DNA of 64,000 nucleotides from Bacteroidaceae bacterium (GTDB lineage Bacteria; Bacteroidota; Bacteroidia; Bacteroidales; Bacteroidaceae), in the NCBI GenBank assembly GCA_045634305.1, contig JAZQZZ010000039.1:3818-67817 (forward strand). The letters are read 5' to 3'. Positions 35,871 through 45,302 of the stretch are shown piece by piece (positions within the stretch are counted from its first letter, which is position 1; each line of letters begins with the position of its first letter). The notes below the pieces were generated by a model. That model made no database searches, was not told where the DNA came from, and was given only the letters and a program-made list of their open reading frames with translations. Both the position numbers and the translations under genes were made by a program.

Positions 35871-37790
35871 ATGAACAAAAAAACCATTATCGCATACGTA
35901 CTTATAGGACTCGTAATCATTGGTTTCTTCAAATTCAACCAGAAGAGTCCCGAGGACATACAGCGAGAGAAAGCACGCCAGGAACGCATTGCCCAGAAGA
36001 AGATTCAGGACCAGATTATCGAGCAGGAGCGCGCCGAATATGCAAAGAAACAGTTCGAGAACATCAAGAACGACACCGCAAGCATTTTCCACAACGTGTA
36101 TAACGGTGTAGCGACACCGGTCGTTTTGACAAATGACAAGGTCAGTGTCACCATCAATACACTTGGCGGACGCATAACAAGCGCATCTCTCAAGGAATAC
36201 AAGGACCAGCAGGGTGGCGATGTGATACTCTTTGACAGCAATGACAAGCTGAAGAACAGCAGACCCGGCAACAGAATGGCCTATACATTCAAGATGAAGC
36301 CACAATACGGCGACCTCAACACCGAGCAGTGCTACTTTGCATTGCAGGAGGCTACAGCCGACAAGGCCGTACTGCGCCTCGACTTCAAGGAAGGACGTTA
36401 CATAGACTTCATCTACCGTCTGCGCCCCGACAGCTACATTACCGACCTTTACATCAAGGCAAACAACATGGGCGACCTGCTCAGCTCAAGCGAGTCGGTT
36501 GACATCATGTGGAAGCAGCTTCTGCGCCAGCAGGAGCCCGGTTACGACTTCGAGCAGCGTTTCACCAACCTCACATACAAGCTGACAGACGACGACACCG
36601 ACAATCTCAACGAGATGAAGAACGACAGCGAGTCACTCACCGAGAGTGTAAACTGGGTTGCATACAAGAACCAGTTCTTCTCGACAATAATGATTGCCGG
36701 CGGAAACTTCAACAATACAAAGGTAAGCTCAACAAGCATTCCCGAGGGTGAGAACATGCTCAAGGAGTGCACAACAACCGCAGCCACACAGTTCGACCCG
36801 ACAGGCGTTGTTGCAACAGGCCTCCAGTTCTACTTCGGCCCCAACAAGTTCAGCGCACTCAAGGACGCAAGTGACGAGGCTCTCAACCCCGAGAGCGACC
36901 TCGAACTTGAGGAAATCATATACTTCGGTTGGCCAATCGTGCGCTGGATTAACCGCTACTTCATCATGTACCTGTTCGACATTCTCTCAAGCACAGGTCT
37001 CAACATGGGTATCGTGCTGCTGTTGCTCACACTCATCGTGAAGTTGTGTGTATATCCTTTCACAAAGAAATCATACGTTTCATCGGCAAAGATGCGTGCC
37101 CTCAAGCCATATCTCGATGAACTGAACGTCAAATACCCCAAGCAGGAGGATGCACTGAAGAAACAGCAGGAGATGATGGCTATATACCAGAAGTATGGCG
37201 CAAGCCCAATGGGCGGTTGCTTGCCTATGCTCATACAGATGCCTATCTTCATCGCCCTCTTCAACTTTGTGCCAAACGCCATCGAATTGCGCCAGGAGAG
37301 TTTCCTTTGGGCACACGACCTTTCGGCGTTCGACGCACTACTCAGTTGGAACAAGGATCTGTGGCTCATAGGTGACCACATCAGCATTTTCTGTCTCTTG
37401 TTCTCGGTGACACAGATTATCAACACATACTACACCAGCAAGCTCCAGGCACCTGCAATGAATACACCGGAGATGGAGCAGCAGCAGAAGATGATGCGCT
37501 GGATGATGTATCTGATGCCGGTAATCTTCTTCTTCGTGTTCAACGACTACTCTGCTGGTTTGAACTACTACTACTTCCTCTCAACCCTGTTCAGCATCAT
37601 CATCGCTCTCTATTTGAGAAAGAGCATCAAGGAAGATGAGCTTCTGAATAAGATGGAGGCATATGCCGAGAAGAACAAGGACTCAGTAGCAAAGCAGACC
37701 AACATGATGACACGCCTTGAGGCACTGCAGGAACAGCAGAAAAAGCTACTAGAGGAGCGTGAGAGAATCAAGAACAACCGCAAGAAATAA
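35871..37790 (+). CDS. yidC: Membrane protein insertase YidC
   Basis: 639 aa with an N-terminal TM and a large periplasmic domain. Blocks YFGWPIVRWINRYF and GCLPMLIQMPIFIALF. Confidence 0.9.
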   Translation: MNKKTIIAYVLIGLVIIGFFKFNQKSPEDIQREKARQERIAQKKIQDQIIEQERAEYAKKQFENIKNDTASIFHNVYNGVATPVVLTNDKVSVTINTLGGRITSASLKEYKDQQGGDVILFDSNDKLKNSRPGNRMAYTFKMKPQYGDLNTEQCYFALQEATADKAVLRLDFKEGRYIDFIYRLRPDSYITDLYIKANNMGDLLSSSESVDIMWKQLLRQQEPGYDFEQRFTNLTYKLTDDDTDNLNEMKNDSESLTESVNWVAYKNQFFSTIMIAGGNFNNTKVSSTSIPEGENMLKECTTTAATQFDPTGVVATGLQFYFGPNKFSALKDASDEALNPESDLELEEIIYFGWPIVRWINRYFIMYLFDILSSTGLNMGIVLLLLTLIVKLCVYPFTKKSYVSSAKMRALKPYLDELNVKYPKQEDALKKQQEMMAIYQKYGASPMGGCLPMLIQMPIFIALFNFVPNAIELRQESFLWAHDLSAFDALLSWNKDLWLIGDHISIFCLLFSVTQIINTYYTSKLQAPAMNTPEMEQQQKMMRWMMYLMPVIFFFVFNDYSAGLNYYYFLSTLFSIIIALYLRKSIKEDELLNKMEAYAEKNKDSVAKQTNMMTRLEALQEQQKKLLEERERIKNNRKK

Positions 37791-37842
37791 CACTCCGGTT
37801 TTATAATATAAAAGGAATAATAACTGATAAAGAAGTTCAATA

Positions 37843-38478
37843 ATGGGATTTTTTAATTTTTTCAAGAAGAAAGACAAAAACGCCGAGCATCGCATTGGCG
37901 GCATGGAGGACTTCATGACCCTCATACGCGTATACTATCAGGCAGCCATGGCAGCTAACATTGGTATAACCAACATCAACATGTTGCCCGACCTTGCAAC
38001 CTTCAAGCGTACCCTGAAGGTGCCCACACAGAACAACAAGCTTGGCGTGGGCGAGCGTAGCAAGTGCAAGAAGATGCTCGAGCAGCTATACAAACTCGAC
38101 GAGAGTTTCTTCAAGGAGATTGACAACTCAATAAAGAAGAACTGCAAGAAGATACAGGATGCACAGCCATTCCTCTTTGCATTCCAGGGCTTCAACAATG
38201 ACCTCATGATGCTTGTGGGCAACCTGCTCAAGTGGAAGTTCCGCGTGCCGGGCTTCATGCACAAGCTCCTGCACAGCATGACCGAGAAGATTGTCAACGA
38301 CATCTTCACCAAGAACAACTGGAAGGATGAGGCCACATTCCGCACGGTATACTCGGTGCGCAACTACAACGATAAACTCGGCTACTCACAGGCATGGATT
38401 ACAGAGTACGTGTACAAAATCATCACACTCGCCAAGAAAGAGCCACGCAAGAACATGGAGGACACCGAAAAGAAATGA
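37843..38478 (+). CDS. Hypothetical cytoplasmic protein
   Basis: 211-aa ORF with good coding character, followed by a strong terminator. No motif recognised. Confidence 0.5.
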   Translation: MGFFNFFKKKDKNAEHRIGGMEDFMTLIRVYYQAAMAANIGITNINMLPDLATFKRTLKVPTQNNKLGVGERSKCKKMLEQLYKLDESFFKEIDNSIKKNCKKIQDAQPFLFAFQGFNNDLMMLVGNLLKWKFRVPGFMHKLLHSMTEKIVNDIFTKNNWKDEATFRTVYSVRNYNDKLGYSQAWITEYVYKIITLAKKEPRKNMEDTEKK

Positions 38479-38484
38479 CATTGG

Positions 38485-38517
38485 CAGAGGCTCAAAATTT
38501 TGAGCCTCTGTTTTTTT
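38485..38517 (+). terminator. Rho-independent terminator
   Basis: cagaggctca-aaattt-tgagcctctg followed by ttttttt. Confidence 0.75.
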
Positions 38518-38530
38518 AGCAAAGAACAGC

Positions 38531-39715
38531 ATGACAAAATTCCTATACTCATTCAACTGGTGCATCGACACCAGAATAAAGTCCGAATACAAATCAAAGC
38601 CGCTGGGCTCCTTCACGCCGGTACAGACAGAGCATGGCACAATAACTGCAGTAGACAACCCCTACGACTCCTATACCAAAGGGCTCACTGCAATGTTGCG
38701 CATTGCCCTCAATAAAGAGAGCGTGGCAAGAATTCTGGGCGGAATGGAATTGCGCACATGCATGGTCGAAGAGATAAACCTCTATGCCGGATTCTGCGGA
38801 ATGCTCACCATTGAGATATTCGGTTCGGCCGGAGACACAGCCGCCGGCAATTTCAAGGAGTGCTACAACAGTGACATGATATCGTTCGCCACACAACTGC
38901 CAAGCAGCACAGGACATATTGCCGAACTGCTTGCCCCACTTGCCGACTACACCGACAAGACCGACGGATACCTGTGGGGACAACCCGAGACACTCCCCCA
39001 GTCGGGACTCACCGATGCCAGCGAGAGCTATATATACACCTATAACCTGTTCACCGACAGCGAAAGCGAATGTGCCTCATTGCTTGACACATTCGGCATT
39101 ACCGGCAACGCGCTGAGCATTGGCGGCAACAAGGTTTGGCAAGTATTTGCCAACTACATATGGCACACAGGCTGCAAGGCCGACTCCGCAGTGACTCATG
39201 AGCTGAATTTCTCCTACATCCCCGCGGCATGGGAAGTTCTCATATACGACTCGGGCACCATCTGTTGCAAGAACTTCCTCAGGAGCATCAATGATGACGT
39301 CGATGTCAAACCGGCTGTGATACGTGACATGATTTCACGTGACAACCTTATGTTGCTTGAAGTTGAACTATCAGAGCGCGAACAGGACTACGAGAAACAC
39401 CAGCTCACACAACGCTCGAAAAAGGAGTACGGCGCCGAACAGCGCAAATCCTCGTTTGTCAACTCACAGGAAATGCTCAAATACGCAATCAACGGCATGG
39501 AGTCAAAGAAACAGCAATATATATCACGCCTCACCGGTATCATACTTGCGTTCCTCACAGCCCTGTCGGTATATTCCGTTTTCAGTGACATATACGCTCT
39601 GATTACATCAAATGAAAAGACTATACATTTCAACAGCATATCCACAATGATGCTGTCTGCAGCAACGGTAATAATGGTAGCCGTGCTCTACCTCACCACG
39701 CGCAAAGAGAAATAA
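38531..39715 (+). CDS. Hypothetical membrane-anchored protein (soluble N-domain, coiled coil, two C-terminal TM helices)
   Basis: 394 aa. TM candidates are LTGIILAFLTALSVYSVF and ISTMMLSAATVIMVAVLYL. No catalytic motif recognised. Confidence 0.5.
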   Translation: MTKFLYSFNWCIDTRIKSEYKSKPLGSFTPVQTEHGTITAVDNPYDSYTKGLTAMLRIALNKESVARILGGMELRTCMVEEINLYAGFCGMLTIEIFGSAGDTAAGNFKECYNSDMISFATQLPSSTGHIAELLAPLADYTDKTDGYLWGQPETLPQSGLTDASESYIYTYNLFTDSESECASLLDTFGITGNALSIGGNKVWQVFANYIWHTGCKADSAVTHELNFSYIPAAWEVLIYDSGTICCKNFLRSINDDVDVKPAVIRDMISRDNLMLLEVELSEREQDYEKHQLTQRSKKEYGAEQRKSSFVNSQEMLKYAINGMESKKQQYISRLTGIILAFLTALSVYSVFSDIYALITSNEKTIHFNSISTMMLSAATVIMVAVLYLTTRKEK

Positions 39716-39736
39716 CCAACCCCAACCCGCAAAGTT

Positions 39737-42700
39737 ATGAAAAGATATGCCATCGCACTGTTGATGCTTTTTGCATCGCTCGGTACCACAGCACAAGTAA
39801 CAAACAATGCCATCAGTTTCGAGAGAAACGGCCGAGTATCATTGGGTACGCCACACAACAGCGGAGCAAACGTTACCACCTTGCAGCTATGGATCAACCC
39901 GCAACACTGGATTCCCGGAGCAAACATCATCACCTGGGGCAACAGCCTCAACATGCAGTTGGGAACACCAGGTGAGCTTATAATAGAAAGCAATGGCGAC
40001 ACTCTTTCATTCAGCGATACCAAGCTGACAACCGGCAATTGGGCGCATATCACGTTGCTTCTCGACGGCAACAGCCTCAGTATGCTTGTAAACAATGCCA
40101 ACCGACAGGACCGCACTCTGTCGGCAGCATTCGCCACACCCACAGCAGAGCCCATGTTGCTTGGTGGCGGTTTCCTTGGACGTATGGACGAGGTACGCAT
40201 GTGGGATTTCATACTCCCTGCCGACTACAACCGGTTCTGGAACAACACAATCGACAGTTTCAACCCACTGTGGAGCCACCTGACAGGCTACTGGAAATTC
40301 GACCAGACACGCCTTGAGAGTAACGTCTACGACTATAGCGGCAAAGGACATAACGGAACATTCAGTGCAAGCGGTGTTGAACGCACTCCGGTCACCGATA
40401 ACCCCGACTTCGTCTACCGCCGCAATCTCGCATACGCCGATTGCAGCCGTTTCTTTGACCGCGGCGTGCAGCATGGTCAGTACCTCAAAAGCAACGTCAT
40501 AAGCATTATTGGAGCAACTGCGCAAGCCGACGGCTCATTGAAATATAAGCAACCCGACAACAAGGGCAGCATCACCGGCGGTATCTACCTTGCCGAACAC
40601 AACGGACGCACTGGTGTGCTTGACCTTGCAGGCAATGGTGCACAGATGAACGTTGGTAAAGATGCACTCATCGCCTACAACAACAGCAACTATCTTGCAA
40701 GCACCACGGCCTACACCTTCATGACATGGCTATCTATTGACACATGGACACCGGGCGCATATCTTTTAATTAAAGAAAGTGACACAAACAACGGCATCTC
40801 ATTACGCATGGGTAATGCACAAGGCGAATTCATCTTGCGTTGCAACGGCTTGGAATTCACATATGCCACCACACTACAACTTAACAAATGGCATCACATA
40901 GGTTTCTCTACCAATGCAACCACACTTGGCAACGAGTTTGTCGTTGTATTTGACGAAACGATTGTCACACCTACCTACAGCCACACTACCGCAGCCACTA
41001 CCACGCTCACCGGTTTGCGCTCAACCGACTGCATCATTGGCGCAGGCATTGACGGCAAGCTCGACGAGACAATCACATGGTCGCAGAAGTTCGGTGCAAG
41101 CGACATTGTTGCACAGGGCAATACACCTGTTGAACCAGGCATTGGAAAAGCCATAACCGGAGCCTATTCACGCAGTGTCGATGGCATGTGGAAATATGAC
41201 ATTGCCGAGGACCTAGGACGCGACAGTTACTCAACCCCCGAGTGGTTCAGAATGATAAAGGCCACCTTCGAGGGTTACGAAGGAGCCCACGTAACCATAA
41301 GCATCGACAAATGGTCCGACGAGTTCTTTACCAAGATAAACAACAATGCCCAATACCGGGAAGCACTTGCCAACGCTATTTCACAGATGGGCAACGAGCC
41401 GTTCCTCGACGGTGTCGACTACGATTTCGAGTGGAACAACAACTGGAGCGGCATTGGTACCCTGTGCCAACTGGTACGCGCCAAACTGCACGACGGCAAG
41501 ATACAAGCCGTGTCGCCACATGAGCTCTACTACAACTTCCCTACCGACAAGATGCAGTATGTCGACTATTTCAACTTCCAGGACTATGGCCCCGGAAACA
41601 AGAACATATTCAACTTCAACAACTACAAGAACTTCTTTACCAAGGCAAAGAGCTACGGTTACCCTGTTGAAAAGATAATGCTCTCATATGCAACCACCAC
41701 AAGCGGTGCCATGTACAGCAACGGCAGCCGCCCGGCAAACACACATCCCGAATTCTACCCCACAGGCTGGCGTTCAATGCCATATGAAACATTCGAGTAC
41801 AGCCAGAACAGCTACGACGTAGGCGATGGACTTACACGCTACTTTACCGGCATGGAACAGGTATGGCTACGCAGTGAATATATGAACAACAACGGCTGCG
41901 CAGGAATATTCTATTGGGACATGGGCAACGACACACGCGATTGCAACGACCCGCGCTCACTTGCCACATATGCATCGTTTGCCATAAACAGCAACGTACA
42001 GAAAATTGTTGAAAAGATTGAAACTGCAGCCGAAGCCCCTGCAGAATATGAATATGAAGAGAGTGCCACCGGATACTATCGCATACGCGGAGCCGGTGAC
42101 GGACACACAACGCACTATCTCTACCAGAACGGCGACGAACTCTATTCCGGCGAAAAAGGAGGCGAGGTGCGCAGCATATTCTGCTTTGAGGAGGCAGCCG
42201 AAAGCAACACGTTCTATCTGAAAGCCAACGACGGCCGTTACATCCAGGACCGCAGCAAGTTGCAGACAAAGCAATCCATCTACCGCTTCGATACCACCCC
42301 TGTATCATACAGCATCAAGGGCGAGGAATACGACTACCCCGAGGGACATTACTGCCTTGAGCAGACCTACTATACCCCCGGCAAACCCGATTTCACCGAC
42401 GTGCAGCGATGCCTCAAATGCAACGGCAACAACGAGGGCGCATCAACCTGGGGACCTTGGACTGCGGCATCACATTGGGCAATAGAGCCTGTCTATGGAT
42501 ATGACGTCTACACTGTTACACTGGCAGACATCGATGCCATCACATGTCTCATTCCCGGCTACACCGGCAGCAACATGATATACAACGGAGGTTTCATAGT
42601 CCTGACTGCTGGAGGAGAGATAACAGCCGATGAGATAGCCGCGGCCAGTGGCGAGGAGATAACCGTTAGCATTGACAAGAACGCAAAGAGCATTGCCGTT

Positions 42701-42844
42701 GCAGCCGGCGCTACAGGCATTGACAGGATGACTGAGCAAAGAACAGAGAGCACAGAGATTCACGACCTCACAGGCCGCCGTGTAGAAACCATCACAGCTC
42801 CCGGCGTTTACATTATAAATGGGAAAAAGAGAGTTGTAAAGTAA
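39737..42844 (+). CDS. LamG-domain / GH18-like glycosidase, T9SS cargo
   Basis: 1035 aa with a signal peptide. LamG-type block GNWAHITLLLDGNSLSMLVNN...GRMDEVRMW. GH18 catalytic motif DGVDYDFEW (DxxDxDxE; Glu codon at 41429..41431). The C-terminus EIHDLTGRRVETITAPGVYIINGKKRVVK is T9SS-CTD-like. Confidence 0.7.
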   Translation: MKRYAIALLMLFASLGTTAQVTNNAISFERNGRVSLGTPHNSGANVTTLQLWINPQHWIPGANIITWGNSLNMQLGTPGELIIESNGDTLSFSDTKLTTGNWAHITLLLDGNSLSMLVNNANRQDRTLSAAFATPTAEPMLLGGGFLGRMDEVRMWDFILPADYNRFWNNTIDSFNPLWSHLTGYWKFDQTRLESNVYDYSGKGHNGTFSASGVERTPVTDNPDFVYRRNLAYADCSRFFDRGVQHGQYLKSNVISIIGATAQADGSLKYKQPDNKGSITGGIYLAEHNGRTGVLDLAGNGAQMNVGKDALIAYNNSNYLASTTAYTFMTWLSIDTWTPGAYLLIKESDTNNGISLRMGNAQGEFILRCNGLEFTYATTLQLNKWHHIGFSTNATTLGNEFVVVFDETIVTPTYSHTTAATTTLTGLRSTDCIIGAGIDGKLDETITWSQKFGASDIVAQGNTPVEPGIGKAITGAYSRSVDGMWKYDIAEDLGRDSYSTPEWFRMIKATFEGYEGAHVTISIDKWSDEFFTKINNNAQYREALANAISQMGNEPFLDGVDYDFEWNNNWSGIGTLCQLVRAKLHDGKIQAVSPHELYYNFPTDKMQYVDYFNFQDYGPGNKNIFNFNNYKNFFTKAKSYGYPVEKIMLSYATTTSGAMYSNGSRPANTHPEFYPTGWRSMPYETFEYSQNSYDVGDGLTRYFTGMEQVWLRSEYMNNNGCAGIFYWDMGNDTRDCNDPRSLATYASFAINSNVQKIVEKIETAAEAPAEYEYEESATGYYRIRGAGDGHTTHYLYQNGDELYSGEKGGEVRSIFCFEEAAESNTFYLKANDGRYIQDRSKLQTKQSIYRFDTTPVSYSIKGEEYDYPEGHYCLEQTYYTPGKPDFTDVQRCLKCNGNNEGASTWGPWTAASHWAIEPVYGYDVYTVTLADIDAITCLIPGYTGSNMIYNGGFIVLTAGGEITADEIAAASGEEITVSIDKNAKSIAVAAGATGIDRMTEQRTESTEIHDLTGRRVETITAPGVYIINGKKRVVK

Positions 42845-42891
42845 CACAGTCCCAAACAAGGAGCCCCTCTCCACCTGAACGCAACAGCCCC

Positions 42892-43479
42892 ATGAACAAC
42901 ATCAGCGAAAAGCACCCGTTGGAGCCATTCCTGCCACAGAATGCAAGGATTCTGATGCTTGGCAGTTTCCCGCCGCCGCAAGCCAAATGGTCAATGCACT
43001 TCTTCTACCCTAACTGGATAAACGACATGTGGCGCGTGATGGGATTGCTGTTCTTCGGCGACAGACACCATTTTGAGCTGAAAGACGAAAAACGTTTCGA
43101 CAAAGAAGCTGTTGTGGAGTTCTGTACCCGGCAGGGAATAGCACTCTACGACACAGCGTGCGAGGTTGTGAGACTAAAGGAAAACGCATCCGACAAATTC
43201 CTTGAGATAAAGACAGCGACCGACATTGCAGCCCTGCTCACCAAACTGCCACAATGCACAGCCATTGTCACCACAGGGCAGAAAGCCACCGACACCATCG
43301 TGGAGAAATTTGGCTGCGTCACACCACTGATGGGCGACAGAACCACCCTGCACATTGCGGGACGCGAGTACAATTTCTGGCGCATGCCATCAACCTCCCG
43401 CGCCTATCCCCTCGCCCTAGAAAAGAAAGCCGCCCACTACCTCAAAATGCTAAAATTTGAAGGCATATCAAGCCTTTAA
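42892..43479 (+). CDS. Uracil-DNA glycosylase superfamily protein (family-6 / deoxyinosine glycosylase-like)
   Basis: 195 aa. The block RILMLGSFPPPQAKWSMHFFYPNWINDMWRVMG is typical of this UDG family. Confidence 0.6.
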   Translation: MNNISEKHPLEPFLPQNARILMLGSFPPPQAKWSMHFFYPNWINDMWRVMGLLFFGDRHHFELKDEKRFDKEAVVEFCTRQGIALYDTACEVVRLKENASDKFLEIKTATDIAALLTKLPQCTAIVTTGQKATDTIVEKFGCVTPLMGDRTTLHIAGREYNFWRMPSTSRAYPLALEKKAAHYLKMLKFEGISSL

Positions 43480-43497
43480 AATAAAAAATAACAAAGT

Positions 43498-43530
43498 TTT
43501 GCATTTATTATGTTTTTTTCTTTATATTTG
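43498..43530 (+). promoter_or_regulatory. Bacteroidetes sigma-A-type promoter of the five-gene operon
   Basis: TTTG (43498..43501), a 21-nt spacer, then TATATTTG (43523..43530), about 100 nt upstream of the ATG at 43629. Confidence 0.55.
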
Positions 43531-43628
43531 CGTATTGGCAATGTTGCACCCCGATATGCAAGGTTGCCAACATTTTGATTGTCAAACCATTAGAATCATT
43601 TCAAAGTATAAAAACATTATTTGATAAT

Positions 43629-44147
43629 ATGAGAAACTATTTCTACATCATTGCCATTTTGTCGCTTATGGTTTCATGTACATCCACTCTATCTGAACCA
43701 TCAAACAAGAAAGAATATATTGAGGATGCACGTAATTTCTACAATCAGGTAGAGGATAACAAGAACACCATCAATCACAAGCTTTGGAGCGAATATAAGA
43801 ACATGAATGATAAGATTATTGGAGAGTACTATCTTCGTTTCAGAGAAGAACTTGTAGCCAGGGAGATTGTATTCATTGGCAACCAGAACAAGAAATTCAA
43901 AAAATATTATTCTGACTACAAAACGCGATATGATTTGGTTGATGAATCTCTAAAAAACGATGGTGATTCAATCAAGATTGCAAGGAAAATTAAGAAATAC
44001 CATGAAAATGGGCAAGAAAATGAATTAACTCAATATCTTGAGGATGCCATTGCTTTGGGTGGCAAAACCAAGATTTATCCCAAAGCAATACTTTTTGACC
44101 TTGAAATTGACGAAGAATACAGCTACCTTTGGGGAGAAGAATGGTAA
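43629..44147 (+). CDS. Small lipoprotein, function unknown (operon gene 1)
   Basis: Start chosen at the ATG at 43629. MRNYFYIIAILSLMVSCTS is a lipoprotein signal with Cys. The remainder is Lys/Glu-rich and helical. The track ORF starts at a TTG at 43575. Confidence 0.55.
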   Translation: MRNYFYIIAILSLMVSCTSTLSEPSNKKEYIEDARNFYNQVEDNKNTINHKLWSEYKNMNDKIIGEYYLRFREELVAREIVFIGNQNKKFKKYYSDYKTRYDLVDESLKNDGDSIKIARKIKKYHENGQENELTQYLEDAIALGGKTKIYPKAILFDLEIDEEYSYLWGEEW

Positions 44148-44171
44148 TAACAAACTAATAAAAAATAATAT

Positions 44172-45287
44172 ATGAATTATAAAGCTATTATCGCAATTCT
44201 GTCACTGTGCTTTGCTGCGCCCACAATAACTGTAAATGCGCAAGAGACGAACGACAAGCAGTTTTATGTCTATCTTTGGGATGTGACACTCTCTATGCTT
44301 GGTCCAGAAAGAGGAGGTGTAGAGGATGTCTGGGACAGCACCAAAGAGTGGCTGATAAACGAAATCAAGTCTAGAAAGACTAACCCTGGCGACACAATCG
44401 TCGTTTGCCCTTTCCAAGAGTGCATTATCAGTGGTGATACAGGTTTGAAAAGGATCGATGCAAAAACCGTCGTGCCAAGACCATACGTATCCGATGCAAC
44501 AGGTGAACCAATGACTTATGACTCCCCATGGAAATTTCCGGCAACTCCCAACGGCAAGCGCGAACTTATAAAGAAAATTGAATCGTTCGTGCAACCGCAT
44601 CACGGCAAAACGAACCTTTATGACCCATTAATGGATGCAAAAAGGGATTATGTCGACATGACCAAGCATAGTACAACCATATACATGCTTACAGATGGTA
44701 TAGATGATTTCAATGAGAATACAGACAAGTCATTCATCAAGGAAATAAATGAAAAATGGAGTAAAAGAGACCCGTTGCTTATCTATATCCGTTTAACAGA
44801 TGCTGCATGCGCCGACATAAAACCTAGTGACAATGTTGAGATAATCAATCCCAAAGAAAGGCTAATTGAAATTTCGGCAACAGTAGCCGGTAAATATAAT
44901 TTTATTGACGCTGTAAAAGAAAACAGAAAGACACAAACAATCAACATCAATCAGGTACAAAAAAACTATGAGCTACCTGAAGGCATAAAAATAAAAGTGA
45001 CATCAGACAATAATCCTTATGTCAAGATTGACGATGTATGCGAAGTCGTTGACGGAAAAATCGACGTCAAACTCAAATACAACCAACAGACTGTTGACGA
45101 AAACATATACAGCAACAGCACCATTGACCTGAACTTCAATGTTGTCAACGACAAGTTGATTAGCGATGATGGATATGTTTATATCATCTCTCTCTCAAAT
45201 ACAAGTTCAAAGACACTTGAGTTGGTAAACAAAGTTCAAAAGACTTTGAAAATCAAGCTTAGAAAAGCTGAACCCATTGAAGAATAA
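44172..45287 (+). CDS. Exported von Willebrand factor A (vWA) domain protein with MIDAS motif (operon gene 2)
   Basis: 371 aa with signal peptide MNYKAIIAILSLCFAAPTITVNAQ. MIDAS elements: FYVYLWDVTLSM (DxTxS, 44280..44294), HHGKTNLYDPL and TIYMLTDGIDD (Asp175 codon at 44694..44696). C-terminal beta-rich domain. Confidence 0.7.
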   Translation: MNYKAIIAILSLCFAAPTITVNAQETNDKQFYVYLWDVTLSMLGPERGGVEDVWDSTKEWLINEIKSRKTNPGDTIVVCPFQECIISGDTGLKRIDAKTVVPRPYVSDATGEPMTYDSPWKFPATPNGKRELIKKIESFVQPHHGKTNLYDPLMDAKRDYVDMTKHSTTIYMLTDGIDDFNENTDKSFIKEINEKWSKRDPLLIYIRLTDAACADIKPSDNVEIINPKERLIEISATVAGKYNFIDAVKENRKTQTININQVQKNYELPEGIKIKVTSDNNPYVKIDDVCEVVDGKIDVKLKYNQQTVDENIYSNSTIDLNFNVVNDKLISDDGYVYIISLSNTSSKTLELVNKVQKTLKIKLRKAEPIEE

Positions 45288-45302
45288 ATAAAAAAGATAA
45301 AA

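Noticed and set aside
43531-43628. Possible leader hairpin or riboswitch in the roughly 100-nt 5' UTR of the five-gene operon (aatgttg...caacatt).
   Set aside because: It is only a 7-bp stem with a 24-nt loop and resembles no riboswitch class I know.
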